Shown: positions 36,622 through 45,910 of the stretch, piece by piece
Layout: each line of letters begins with the position of its first letter
Position numbering within the stretch: the first letter of the stretch is position 1
Position numbers and translations under genes: made by a program
The notes under the pieces: generated by a model
Database searches by the model: none
What the model saw: the letters and a program-made list of their open reading frames with translations, nothing else
What the model was told of the DNA's origin: nothing
Assembly: GCA_938084645.1 (NCBI GenBank)
Contig: CALKEP010000001.1
Span: forward strand, 32,001 to 96,000
Source: an uncultured Phycisphaerales bacterium
GTDB lineage: Bacteria; Planctomycetota; Phycisphaerae; Phycisphaerales; SM1A02
Reading direction: 5' to 3'
DNA: 64,000 nucleotides

Positions 36622-39170
36622 ATCATCACCATTCCATCCGCAGCATCTTCGGTGGCATCATCGCCACCGCCGCCGCGCTCGCGACGTTCTCGTCGGCGAC
36701 CGCCGAGGACTCGTTCGGACAGGACGACGGCCAGGTCGCCTCCGACGAGACGCTCGACCTCAGCGGGGTCGAGGTCGACGAGTTCGACACCTTCAACATC
36801 CAGGTCACCGACACCGATCTTGCGCAGGTGCTTCAGATGCTCGCTCTTCAGGGCGAGCGAAACGTCATCGCGAGTCGCAACGTCTCGGCGGTGATCAGCG
36901 CGAACCTCTTCGACGTCACCTTCGAAGAGGCGCTCGATGCGATCCTGAAGCCCAACGGGTTCCGATGGATCGAAGAAGGCAAGTTCATCTACGTCTACAC
37001 CCAGGAGGAGTTCGCTCGCATGGAGGCCCTCGATCGCAAGACCGAGAGCCGCATGTTCGAACTCGAGCACCTCTCGGCGCGGGACGCCAGCGAATTCGCC
37101 ACGCCGCTCCTCTCGGATCGAGGCAAGCTCAGCTTCATCGGCGAGGTCGCCGGTGGGATCGAACGTGATCTCGGCGACATGGGCGGTGACAACTGGGCGA
37201 AGTCCGCGATCCTCGTGGTCAACGACTACCCGGACAAGCTCGACCGAATCGCCGAACTCCTCGGCGAGATCGACACTGCGCCGCGGCAGGTCGTGGTCGA
37301 CGCCACGATCGCGAGTGTCCAGGTCGCCGAGGACGACGCCTTCGGCGTCGACTTCTCGATCATGGGCAATCTCGACATCACCAAGCTGGTGTCCCCGCTC
37401 GGCCCGGTGACGGATCTGCTGCGTGGCACCGTGCCGCCGAAGGAAGGTGGGGGCGGAGTTCCCATCTACGACGGAAACAGCACCTCGTGGGGGACGCAGT
37501 CCACTCCCGGAAACACCGCGACCGGCCCCAGCAACTTCAAGGTCGGCCTCGTCGCGGGTGACGCCTCGGTGTTCGTCCGGGCGCTCGACCAGGTCACCGA
37601 CACCATGGTGCTCGCTCGCCCCCGGATCATGGCCCTCAACCGTCAGCGGGCGCAGGTCATGGTCGGCAAGCGGGTGGCGTATCTGTCGACGACCGCCACC
37701 GACACGACCACGACCCAGACCGTCCAGTATCTCGATACCGGTGTGAAGCTGATGTTCCGTCCCTTCATCTCGAAGGACGACACCATCCGCATGGAGCTCT
37801 ATCCGAGCGTCTCCAGCGCCGAGCTCCGCACCCTCGCGGTCGGCATCTCGGAAGGCCTCGTCCAGGTCCCCGATGAATTCACGAACGAGATCTCGACGAA
37901 CGTCAAGGTCCGCGACGGCCAGACGCTGGTGCTGGGCGGCCTCTTCGAGGAACAGACGACGGTCTCGAACAGCCAGGTCCCGCTTCTCGGCGACATTCCG
38001 ATCGTCGGTGCGGCCTTCAGCGGCCACGACAACTCCGTCAGCCGGCGGGAGATCATCTTCATGATCACCCCGAAGATCGTGGCCGACGAGCTGATCGAGG
38101 AGACCGGCCGTCAGGGTGCCGAATTCGTGAACTCCCTTCGAGCCGGCATGCGGGAGGGCCTCCTGCCCTTCAGTCGCGAGAAGATGAGTTCACAGAGCAA
38201 CCAGAACGCGTTCGAAGCGATCAACGCGAACGACTTCGAACTGGCGATGTTCCACTTCGACAGTTCCCTCCGGCTCAATCCCAACCAGCCCGAAGTCCGT
38301 CGGATGCGATCGGAAGTCGCGGGCGAATCCAAGGTCACCTTCTACGACTACGACATCTGGCGTCGAGTGATGGACTCGCAGCACGCGGATCACGAGGACG
38401 CGCAGTCCGAGGAGGCCCGAGTCAATCCCGCGGTGGATCCGCTGGTCTCGGTGAAGACCGAACCCGCCATCGTCGAGCCGGATCAGATCGCGACCCGCGT
38501 CGAGGCGAGAGAGGATCGATTCCTCTCCGCGCTCGTCTCGGAGATCGATCGTGAGACGTCCGCGAACGCCTCCGAAGAGGACTCCGCGATCTACCTCGTC
38601 GAGTCGGAACCGATGTCCGTGGCCGCCGCCTTCGGCGATCCCGATGAATCGGAGTCGATGGTCGATGCCGAGGACACGGTGGCCACCGAGGTCATCGAGA
38701 CTCCGGCGCAGATCGCATCGGAGTCCACGGTCGAGGTTCCGACCGAGGAGAACTCGACCTCGACGACCACCGCTTCGGTCGTCGAACTGCCTTCCCTCGC
38801 GGAGCTGGCGAATTCGATGCCGGTCCAGGAGACGTCGGCCCTGCCGTCCGAACCGGCCGCGACGACGACCGATTCGACCGAGGGTTCCACCGTCGATGAC
38901 GGCGTCAAGGTCGCGGTGGAAGCCCCGCCGACGCCGGTCGACGTCGACGCACCGGTCACCGCGTCCGCCGACGCCGACTTCACGAACGAAGACGCGCTTC
39001 GCGTCGTCTTCGACGCCCAGATGAACCTCGTCCGCGGCACGCCAAGCTCCTCCTGGGGACGCCTCTGGTGGCTGGCCCGCATCGCTTCCGAACAGGCCCG
39101 AGTGTTCTCGAACGACGCCGGTGCCTCCACCACGCCCTCCGCGGTCGCTGGTGTGAACGAGCGGGATTGA
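36618..39170 (+). CDS. Secretin (PilQ/GspD family) with long C-terminal extension
   Basis: Signal peptide; N-domains; RQVVVDATI, LARPRIMALNRQRA, DTGVKL, VRDGQTLVLGGL, VPLLGDIPIVG, ITPKIV. Confidence 0.92.
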   Translation: MNHHHSIRSIFGGIIATAAALATFSSATAEDSFGQDDGQVASDETLDLSGVEVDEFDTFNIQVTDTDLAQVLQMLALQGERNVIASRNVSAVISANLFDVTFEEALDAILKPNGFRWIEEGKFIYVYTQEEFARMEALDRKTESRMFELEHLSARDASEFATPLLSDRGKLSFIGEVAGGIERDLGDMGGDNWAKSAILVVNDYPDKLDRIAELLGEIDTAPRQVVVDATIASVQVAEDDAFGVDFSIMGNLDITKLVSPLGPVTDLLRGTVPPKEGGGGVPIYDGNSTSWGTQSTPGNTATGPSNFKVGLVAGDASVFVRALDQVTDTMVLARPRIMALNRQRAQVMVGKRVAYLSTTATDTTTTQTVQYLDTGVKLMFRPFISKDDTIRMELYPSVSSAELRTLAVGISEGLVQVPDEFTNEISTNVKVRDGQTLVLGGLFEEQTTVSNSQVPLLGDIPIVGAAFSGHDNSVSRREIIFMITPKIVADELIEETGRQGAEFVNSLRAGMREGLLPFSREKMSSQSNQNAFEAINANDFELAMFHFDSSLRLNPNQPEVRRMRSEVAGESKVTFYDYDIWRRVMDSQHADHEDAQSEEARVNPAVDPLVSVKTEPAIVEPDQIATRVEAREDRFLSALVSEIDRETSANASEEDSAIYLVESEPMSVAAAFGDPDESESMVDAEDTVATEVIETPAQIASESTVEVPTEENSTSTTTASVVELPSLAELANSMPVQETSALPSEPAATTTDSTEGSTVDDGVKVAVEAPPTPVDVDAPVTASADADFTNEDALRVVFDAQMNLVRGTPSSSWGRLWWLARIASEQARVFSNDAGASTTPSAVAGVNERD

Positions 39171-39178
39171 TCACTTGT

Positions 39179-39216
39179 CGGTGGCGGGACCGCCTTCGGG
39201 TGCGTCCCGCTCACCG
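39179..39216 (+). other. Intergenic stem-loop with cUUCGg loop after the secretin gene
   Basis: CGGTGGCGGGACCGCC-TTCG-GGTGCGTCCCGCTCACCG, no U-tract. Confidence 0.5.
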
Positions 39217-39263
39217 TCGAAGTTCCCGCAGTCCGTCATTCCTCCATCCATCCGGATCGAACC

Positions 39264-40472
39264 ATGAACCGCACCACGACCCTCACCATCGTCTCGAGTC
39301 TCGGCATTCTCCTCGGCGCAGCAGGCTGCACCGGACCCACCAAGCGTGGAATCGAGGCTCGAAAGGAAGCGGCCGCGCGTTTCGACTCGATCCGAAGCCG
39401 GGTCGATTTCGATCAGGCGGATCAGGCGTTCCGAGCGGGGGATCTCATCACCGCGAAGCGCCATCTCGACGTCGCGATCTCGAAGGTCGACGACGATGCC
39501 GACTACTGGGTGCTGCTCGGTCGGGTGTACCTCGAGAACGGAAGTCTCGGCGATGCGTCGAAGAGCTTCGATCGTGCCCACGAGGTCGACCCCCAGAACG
39601 CCGACGCCTGCTATTTCCAGGGGATCGTGGACCAGCGCCTCGATCGGGCCAGCGAGGCCGTGGAGCACTATCTCGCCGCGCTCGAGATCGCGCAGGACAA
39701 TGCCGGAATGCTGGTCGCCGCGGTCGACACGCTGATCAGCGAGGGGCGTTACGAGGATGCCGACCGATTGCTGAAGGAGAAGGGCGTCGCGTTTCGTGAG
39801 ACGGCCGCGATTCACCATCTCGCCGGACGGGTGGCGATGTTCCAGGAGAACTGGAGCGATGCGGTCGACCACCTCGATCGCGCCGTCCTGCTCGACGACG
39901 AGGATCAGTGGATGCTGGAGGATCTCGCCCGGGCCCAGCTCGGCGCCCATCGCACCACGGATTGTCTCGAGACGATCACGCGACTCGAGGAGATCGTGAC
40001 CGATCGCGTCGAGGAACGGGAACTGCTCCGGCTTCGAGGGCGATGCCTGGTCGACGGAGGTCGGCTGCGGGAGGCCCGGGAGGTCTTCCTCGACTTCACG
40101 AATCTCAATCCCGAGGATGTCTCGGGCTGGGTCGAATTCGGACTCATCTGCCTTGAGGTGGGGGATCACCGGCGGGTCGTGAAGTGCGGCCAGCGACTGG
40201 TGATGCTCGAACCCGATCAGTTCGAGGGCTATTTCCTGCTCGGTCAGGCGGCCCTCGAGGAACGAGCCTTCGACGATGCGGTGACCCTCTTCCGGCGTGC
40301 GGTGGAACTCGATCCCCAGCGGAACGAGCCGAAACTCGCGCTGGGAATGGCCTGTGAACTCGCCGGTCGATACGCGGAGGCGTACCGCGTCTTCGCGGAA
40401 CTCGCGGAGCGAAACCCCACGGACAACCGTGTTCGCGAATTGCTGACCGGGGTCGGCGACGCGATGGACTGA
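39264..40472 (+). CDS. TPR-repeat lipoprotein (pilotin-like)
   Basis: Lipobox AAGC; multiple TPR repeats; directly after secretin. Confidence 0.85.
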   Translation: MNRTTTLTIVSSLGILLGAAGCTGPTKRGIEARKEAAARFDSIRSRVDFDQADQAFRAGDLITAKRHLDVAISKVDDDADYWVLLGRVYLENGSLGDASKSFDRAHEVDPQNADACYFQGIVDQRLDRASEAVEHYLAALEIAQDNAGMLVAAVDTLISEGRYEDADRLLKEKGVAFRETAAIHHLAGRVAMFQENWSDAVDHLDRAVLLDDEDQWMLEDLARAQLGAHRTTDCLETITRLEEIVTDRVEERELLRLRGRCLVDGGRLREAREVFLDFTNLNPEDVSGWVEFGLICLEVGDHRRVVKCGQRLVMLEPDQFEGYFLLGQAALEERAFDDAVTLFRRAVELDPQRNEPKLALGMACELAGRYAEAYRVFAELAERNPTDNRVRELLTGVGDAMD

Positions 40473-40506
40473 GCGATCGCGTCGTGTCACGAACGATTGG
40501 TGAAGG

Positions 40507-41838
40507 ATGGGTGAGGAGGCCTCATTGCTCGACGTCACGACGATCTCATGCGTCGCGGTCGCCTTCGCGGCGGGATTCACAGCGGCATGGATGCTGCTCG
40601 GAATCCGCATCCGCAGCGCGTGCCTCAGGCCGGAAGGGGCTCGTGGCGCGACCACGCCGGTCCGTTCCCTCGACGAGGCGCGGCGTCGTGAACTGGAATC
40701 GCTGAGTCGGGAGCACGTGCTGGCTCGACGCATCGTCGAGGAGCGTCTCGGTCGATTCGAGCGGATGTTCGCGTCGTTCCCCGATCCCATCCTGGTCCTC
40801 GACCGTCACGGCGAGGTGGTCGATGCCAATCCCGCGGCGAGGTCGCTCGCCGGCCTCGAGGCGGAGGCCGACCCCATCGATGCCGTCCATCCCCGATCGC
40901 TCGAGGTCATGATCGGGGACCGGGCGACGGTTCGCGATCTGCTCGAACACGTTCGGGCCGTGGTGGCGGGCGGTGCGGATGCGGTGCGGACGGCCGAGTT
41001 CGAGCTCGAATCGCATGGCTCGGACACGGAGGAGGCCCGCACCCGCGCCTTCGAGGCGATGGTCCGCACCCTCGACGATCACGGGCGAACGATTCTCGTG
41101 ATGCATGACACGACGCGGGAACGCGACTCCTCACGGCTCAAGAGCGAATTCGTGGCGAAGGCGAGTCACGAACTCCGAACGCCGCTGAGCTCGATCCACG
41201 CGTCCCTCGAGATGCTCGCCGACGGTGATCTGCAGGACCAGGCCCAGCGGACCGAGTTCCTCGAGATCGCCATGGAAGAGACCGGTCGACTCGCGAAACT
41301 GGTCAACGACATGCTCGACATCAGCGGCATCGAAGCCGGTGTCGCACGACCGCACATGGCCCAGGTGGATCTGGCCGAGATCGCGACCGACGTCGTCGAG
41401 GGACTCCGGGCCGCCGCCGACCGAAGATCGGTCGACCTGCGACTGCACGTCCAGCCGGGTCTGCTGGTCGAGGGCGATGCGGAGATGCTCTCGGCGGTGG
41501 TCGGCAATCTCGTGGGGAACGGGCTCAAGTACGTTCCCGAGGGAGAGCGGGTGACGGTGACGGTCGATGCGGAGGATCTCACCCGCTCCGTGGTGGTGAC
41601 CGTGACGGACACCGGCCTCGGCATCCCCCCGGAGGATCTCGACCGGGTCTTCGACAAGTTTTATCGGATCAAGCGATACGAGCGGAATGCTCGTGGAACC
41701 GGTCTCGGGCTCAATCTTTGCCGAAACATCGTCGAGCAGGTTCATCACGGTCGGATCGGAGTCGATTCAAGACTGGGTGAAGGCGCGCGATTCTGGTTCA
41801 GCGTGCCCGCCTCACATCCTGCTTCGATGGCGGCCTGA
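40507..41838 (+). CDS. PAS-domain sensor histidine kinase
   Basis: N-terminal TM; PDPILVLD..ANPAA; SHELRTPL; NLVGNGLKY, DTGLGI, FDKF, GTGLGL. Confidence 0.95.
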   Translation: MGEEASLLDVTTISCVAVAFAAGFTAAWMLLGIRIRSACLRPEGARGATTPVRSLDEARRRELESLSREHVLARRIVEERLGRFERMFASFPDPILVLDRHGEVVDANPAARSLAGLEAEADPIDAVHPRSLEVMIGDRATVRDLLEHVRAVVAGGADAVRTAEFELESHGSDTEEARTRAFEAMVRTLDDHGRTILVMHDTTRERDSSRLKSEFVAKASHELRTPLSSIHASLEMLADGDLQDQAQRTEFLEIAMEETGRLAKLVNDMLDISGIEAGVARPHMAQVDLAEIATDVVEGLRAAADRRSVDLRLHVQPGLLVEGDAEMLSAVVGNLVGNGLKYVPEGERVTVTVDAEDLTRSVVVTVTDTGLGIPPEDLDRVFDKFYRIKRYERNARGTGLGLNLCRNIVEQVHHGRIGVDSRLGEGARFWFSVPASHPASMAA

Positions 41839-42255
41839 ATGAACGCAGACCCTGAAAACCGGCGACGACGAATTCTGGTCGCGGACGACGAGGAGTACAT
41901 CGTGCGCGTGGTCTCCTTCAAGCTGGAGAGCGCCGGGTACGACGTCGTGGAGGCGATCGACGGCGCAGACGCCTGGTCGAAGGTCCGGGGGGGCGACATC
42001 GATCTCGTTCTCACCGACCATCAGATGCCCCTCATGACCGGGCTCGAGCTCGCAGGCAGGATCGCCGGCGATCCCTCGACCCGGCACATCCCCGTGATCA
42101 TGCTGACCGCGCGGGGCTTCAGGCTCGACGCGGAGGAGATCGTGGCGAGTCGCATCGTCGAACTGATCGCGAAGCCGTTCTCGCCCCGCGGTCTGCTCGA
42201 TCGAATTCGCGAGACGCTGGAAGCCGCGGAACGGGGCGGGGAGCGTGCGGCATGA
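41839..42255 (+). CDS. Single-domain response regulator
   Basis: ILVADDE, LTDHQMPLMTG, MLTA, AKPFS. Confidence 0.95.
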   Translation: MNADPENRRRRILVADDEEYIVRVVSFKLESAGYDVVEAIDGADAWSKVRGGDIDLVLTDHQMPLMTGLELAGRIAGDPSTRHIPVIMLTARGFRLDAEEIVASRIVELIAKPFSPRGLLDRIRETLEAAERGGERAA

Positions 42256-43832
42256 TCGAAACCCGAACACGCGACGGTTCCCTCGACCTCGCCCTCGCCG
42301 CGGATCTCGCGGGCGTGGGGGGTAGCTGGATACCGATTCAGGATGATCGTCCACGGTGGTCGACGGTCGAGGATTCGGTCGGTCGCTGGCGACAGGCGCT
42401 CCTGTCGAACGCGGCGGTCGTTCGCACCGCGGTCGAAGCGCGGCTCGCGGACCTCGTCGGCGGAGACGGCGGCATCGTCGAGCTGATGCCCGGCGTATTC
42501 GCGATCGGGTGCGTGTCGGAGGGGCGTCGCGGTCGGTCGAGCGGCGTGGTGCTGTTGCCCACCGTCGAGCTCGTCACCGAAGGGTCCTTCGCCATGATCT
42601 GCACCGCGTCCCGGCTCGACGAACGGATCCTCCGTCGGTTCGCGGCACGTGACGAGCTGCCGGGCCGAGCGGCGATTCCCGCGATCGGCGTGCTCGTTCG
42701 ACGGCTGCACGAGGCGGCGCGGCAACGATTCGAGGATCGAGCGGCCGCCCAGTCCGTGGACCGTCGGCTCTCCGAAAGCTACGAGGAACTCCACCTCCTC
42801 AACTCGCTCATCGACGGACTGGTGGTGGGCGGGGATCCCGGCGACTTCCTCGCCTCGGCCTGTCGTGAGATCGCCGCGACGGCGGGCTATCGGTGGATCG
42901 CGGTACTGCTCGACGATCCCGGCGCCTGCCCGGTCGACGACTTCATCGTGCACGGCGACGTCGCCCCTTCCCGGGCGGAGATCCGTCGGATCATCGAGCT
43001 CGCGGAGACCAGCACCGCCACCGCGATCATGGATTCTGCCCATGGCGAGATCGGTCTCGCCGCGGTGCGTGGGGGCGATCGAAACCTCGGAACGCTGGTG
43101 GCCGGTGGACGCGAAGGCGAGCCGATCTCCAGCATCGAGCTGACCCTGCTCGCTTCCGCGGCGGGACACCTCGGGGTGTTCCTCCGGAACGCCACGCTCT
43201 ACTCCGATCTCGACGAGATGTTCCTGGGAACGCTTCAGGCGATGGTCGCCGCGATCGACGCGAAGGACCCCTACACGAGAGGTCACTCGCAGCGGGTGGC
43301 GATCCTGAGTCGGGATCTCGCCGCGGCGATCGGTCTGCCCGAGGAATTCGTCCGTACCGCCCACCTCTCCGGTCTCGTTCACGATCTCGGCAAGATCGGG
43401 GTTCCGGAAGCGGTGCTCTGCAAGTCGGGGCGGCTCGACGAAGCGGAGTTCGCGGCGATCCGCCAGCATCCGCAGATCGGCTTCCGGATCCTGCGCGACA
43501 TCCCGCAGATCCGGGATCTCCTTCCCGGCGTCCTCTGCCATCACGAGGCGTGGGACGGGAGCGGCTATCCCGCCGGGCTCGAGGGCGACGAGATTCCACT
43601 TCTCGCCCGCATCGTCGCGGTGTGCGACAGTTTCGACGCGATGAGTTCGAGTCGGACCTATCGAAGAGCGATGCCGCGGGACGAGGTCTTCGCGGAGATG
43701 ATCCGTTGCGAGGGAAGCCAGTTCGATCCCTCGATCATCCCGGTGTTCATCGGCATGGACCTGACGGAATACGACCGACTGCTCGCCCGCGACGCCAGCG
43801 CGGCGGCCGCGGATGATCGGAGGGCGGCATGA
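42252..43832 (+). CDS. HD-GYP cyclic dinucleotide phosphodiesterase with GAF-like region
   Basis: DAKDPYTRGHSQRV, HDLGKIG, HHEAWDGSGYP, RIVAVCDSFDAM, QFDP. Confidence 0.93.
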   Translation: MIETRTRDGSLDLALAADLAGVGGSWIPIQDDRPRWSTVEDSVGRWRQALLSNAAVVRTAVEARLADLVGGDGGIVELMPGVFAIGCVSEGRRGRSSGVVLLPTVELVTEGSFAMICTASRLDERILRRFAARDELPGRAAIPAIGVLVRRLHEAARQRFEDRAAAQSVDRRLSESYEELHLLNSLIDGLVVGGDPGDFLASACREIAATAGYRWIAVLLDDPGACPVDDFIVHGDVAPSRAEIRRIIELAETSTATAIMDSAHGEIGLAAVRGGDRNLGTLVAGGREGEPISSIELTLLASAAGHLGVFLRNATLYSDLDEMFLGTLQAMVAAIDAKDPYTRGHSQRVAILSRDLAAAIGLPEEFVRTAHLSGLVHDLGKIGVPEAVLCKSGRLDEAEFAAIRQHPQIGFRILRDIPQIRDLLPGVLCHHEAWDGSGYPAGLEGDEIPLLARIVAVCDSFDAMSSSRTYRRAMPRDEVFAEMIRCEGSQFDPSIIPVFIGMDLTEYDRLLARDASAAAADDRRAA

Positions 43833-44164
43833 AACTCCGTTTCGAGGACCATGGCCCGCTCTGCGTCGTGCAGGTCGAGGGCGAACTCGTGGGTGAGTCG
43901 TCGGACTCGCTGCGCCGCGCGTGCCGCGAGCGGCTCGAAGGCGGCTCGAGGGACTTCATTCTCGACGTCTCGACGACGTCGGGGATCGACTCCGCCGGAC
44001 TCGAGGCGCTGCTCGAACTCGCCGATGCCGCGACGGAACGACGCGGCCGCTGTCTGATCGCGGGGCCCGAGGCCTCGCTCAAGACGGTGCTCGACATCAC
44101 GCGCGTGAGTGATCGTCTCGAGATACACGACGAAGTGGCTTCCGCGACGAGGGTGCTTCGATGA
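43829..44164 (+). CDS. STAS domain protein (anti-sigma antagonist-like)
   Basis: VEGEL, ILDVS..GIDSAGL (phosphorylatable Ser), VLDITRV. Confidence 0.88.
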   Translation: MKLRFEDHGPLCVVQVEGELVGESSDSLRRACRERLEGGSRDFILDVSTTSGIDSAGLEALLELADAATERRGRCLIAGPEASLKTVLDITRVSDRLEIHDEVASATRVLR

Positions 44165-45906
44165 CATCACGCTCCACCACATCGTCCACGACGAAGGCTC
44201 AAGGAACCTCGACGCTCGGGATCGCGCCGCTCGGGGAGACGCTCATCGAAGCGGGATCGATCACCCGCACCCAGCTCGAGACGGCGCTCGCGAGCCAGCG
44301 AGAAAGCGGCGACCACAGACTCCTCGGCGAGGTGCTGGTCGGTCTCGGATTCGCCGACGAGGCGACCATCGCGGAGGGCCTCGCCGCCGGCTGCGGACTT
44401 CCCTTCGTCCGTGACCCCGCACGAATCGCCGATCCGACGGTGGTCGAGCTGCTGTCCCGCGACTTCGCACGGCAGCACCGAGTGCTTCCGCTCTTCCTGG
44501 TGCGCGGAACCCTGACCATCGCCGCCGCGGAACCCTCCAACGTCTACCTCTTCGAGGAGATCGCGCGACGGACCGGTCATCGCGTCCAGGTCGCCGCCGC
44601 GTCGGCATGCGAGCTCGAGGCCGCGATCGAGAACTGGCTTCCGGCCGCGAACGTGTTCGTGATCGACGACATCCACGAAGGCGTCGAGAACGCGGATCTC
44701 ACGGTGCTGGAGCGGCAGGTCTCCGAGATCACCGATCTCGCGGAGATCGCGGGGCATGGTCCCGTCGTCCGGCTGGTGAACTGGTTGATCCACGATGCCG
44801 TCGAGGAGGGGGCCAGCGACATCCACGTCGAGCCCGGTGATCGTGATCTCCGGATCCGATTCCGGATCGATGGAAGGCTCCACGAGAAGATCCGACCTCC
44901 TCATCGAATGGCGCCCGCGATCACCAGTCGCATCAAGATCATGGCGGAGCTGGACATCGCGGAGCGGCGGCTCCCGCAGGATGGAGACATCCACGTCCTG
45001 CTCGACGGGCGCCGGGTGGACCTCCGTGTCTCGACCATGTCGGGACGTCAGGGCGAAAAGGTCGTGATTCGGATCATCGACAGCCGCAACGCGATCGTGG
45101 CTCCGGAACGACTCGGCATGTCCGCGTCGATCCGCGATGCGTGGTCGGATCTGCTGGCGGCTCCGAACGGCGTGGTTCTGGTCACCGGGCCGACCGGCAG
45201 CGGCAAGAGCACCACGCTCTACTCGGCCCTCGGGTCGATGGACGCCGACACCTTGAATCTCTCGACCATCGAGGATCCGGTGGAAGCGGTGATTCCCGGC
45301 GTCAATCAGTTCCAGGTGAACGATCGCACCGGCTTCTCCTTCCCGTCAGCGCTGCGATCGATGCTGCGTCAGGATCCTGATGTGGTGATGGTCGGCGAGA
45401 TTCGAGACGAGGAGACGGCGGCGATCGCCGCGCAGGCGGCCCTGACCGGGCACCTCGTGCTTTCATCCCTGCACACCAACGACGCGTGCGGTGCGCCCGT
45501 CCGGCTCGTCAATCTCGGCGTCGAACCGTTCCTGGTGGCGACCGTGCTTCGCGGCGTGCTCGCCCAGCGGCTCATCCGCCGGATCTGCCCGCAGTGTCGC
45601 CGAGAGGTGGACGTGGAGGCGAGCGTCCGTCGCCTGGTCGAAGAGGTCGCGGCGGTGGAGGTGTTCCACGCCGGCGAGGGCTGCCAGCGATGCCGGGGCA
45701 CCGGCTTCAGCGGCCGGGCCGGGGTGTTCGAACTGCTCCTTCCCGATCAGGGGATCTGCGACGCGATCTCCACGACGGTTCCCCACCGGGAACTGGTCGA
45801 GATCGCGCGGCAGGGCGGCTTCGAGTCGATGCGGATCGACGGCCTGCGGAAGGTCGCCGAAGGACTGACCACGGTCGAGGAGGTACTGGCGGCCACCGCC
45901 GCCTGA
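44161..45906 (+). CDS. pilB: GspE/PilB assembly ATPase with MshEN-like N-domain
   Basis: ASDIHVEP, RLPQDG, GPTGSGKSTT, TIEDPVE, LRQDPDVVMVGEIRD, HTND, CPQC/CQRC. Confidence 0.93.
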   Translation: MTSRSTTSSTTKAQGTSTLGIAPLGETLIEAGSITRTQLETALASQRESGDHRLLGEVLVGLGFADEATIAEGLAAGCGLPFVRDPARIADPTVVELLSRDFARQHRVLPLFLVRGTLTIAAAEPSNVYLFEEIARRTGHRVQVAAASACELEAAIENWLPAANVFVIDDIHEGVENADLTVLERQVSEITDLAEIAGHGPVVRLVNWLIHDAVEEGASDIHVEPGDRDLRIRFRIDGRLHEKIRPPHRMAPAITSRIKIMAELDIAERRLPQDGDIHVLLDGRRVDLRVSTMSGRQGEKVVIRIIDSRNAIVAPERLGMSASIRDAWSDLLAAPNGVVLVTGPTGSGKSTTLYSALGSMDADTLNLSTIEDPVEAVIPGVNQFQVNDRTGFSFPSALRSMLRQDPDVVMVGEIRDEETAAIAAQAALTGHLVLSSLHTNDACGAPVRLVNLGVEPFLVATVLRGVLAQRLIRRICPQCRREVDVEASVRRLVEEVAAVEVFHAGEGCQRCRGTGFSGRAGVFELLLPDQGICDAISTTVPHRELVEIARQGGFESMRIDGLRKVAEGLTTVEEVLAATAA

Positions 45907-45910
45907 AGGC

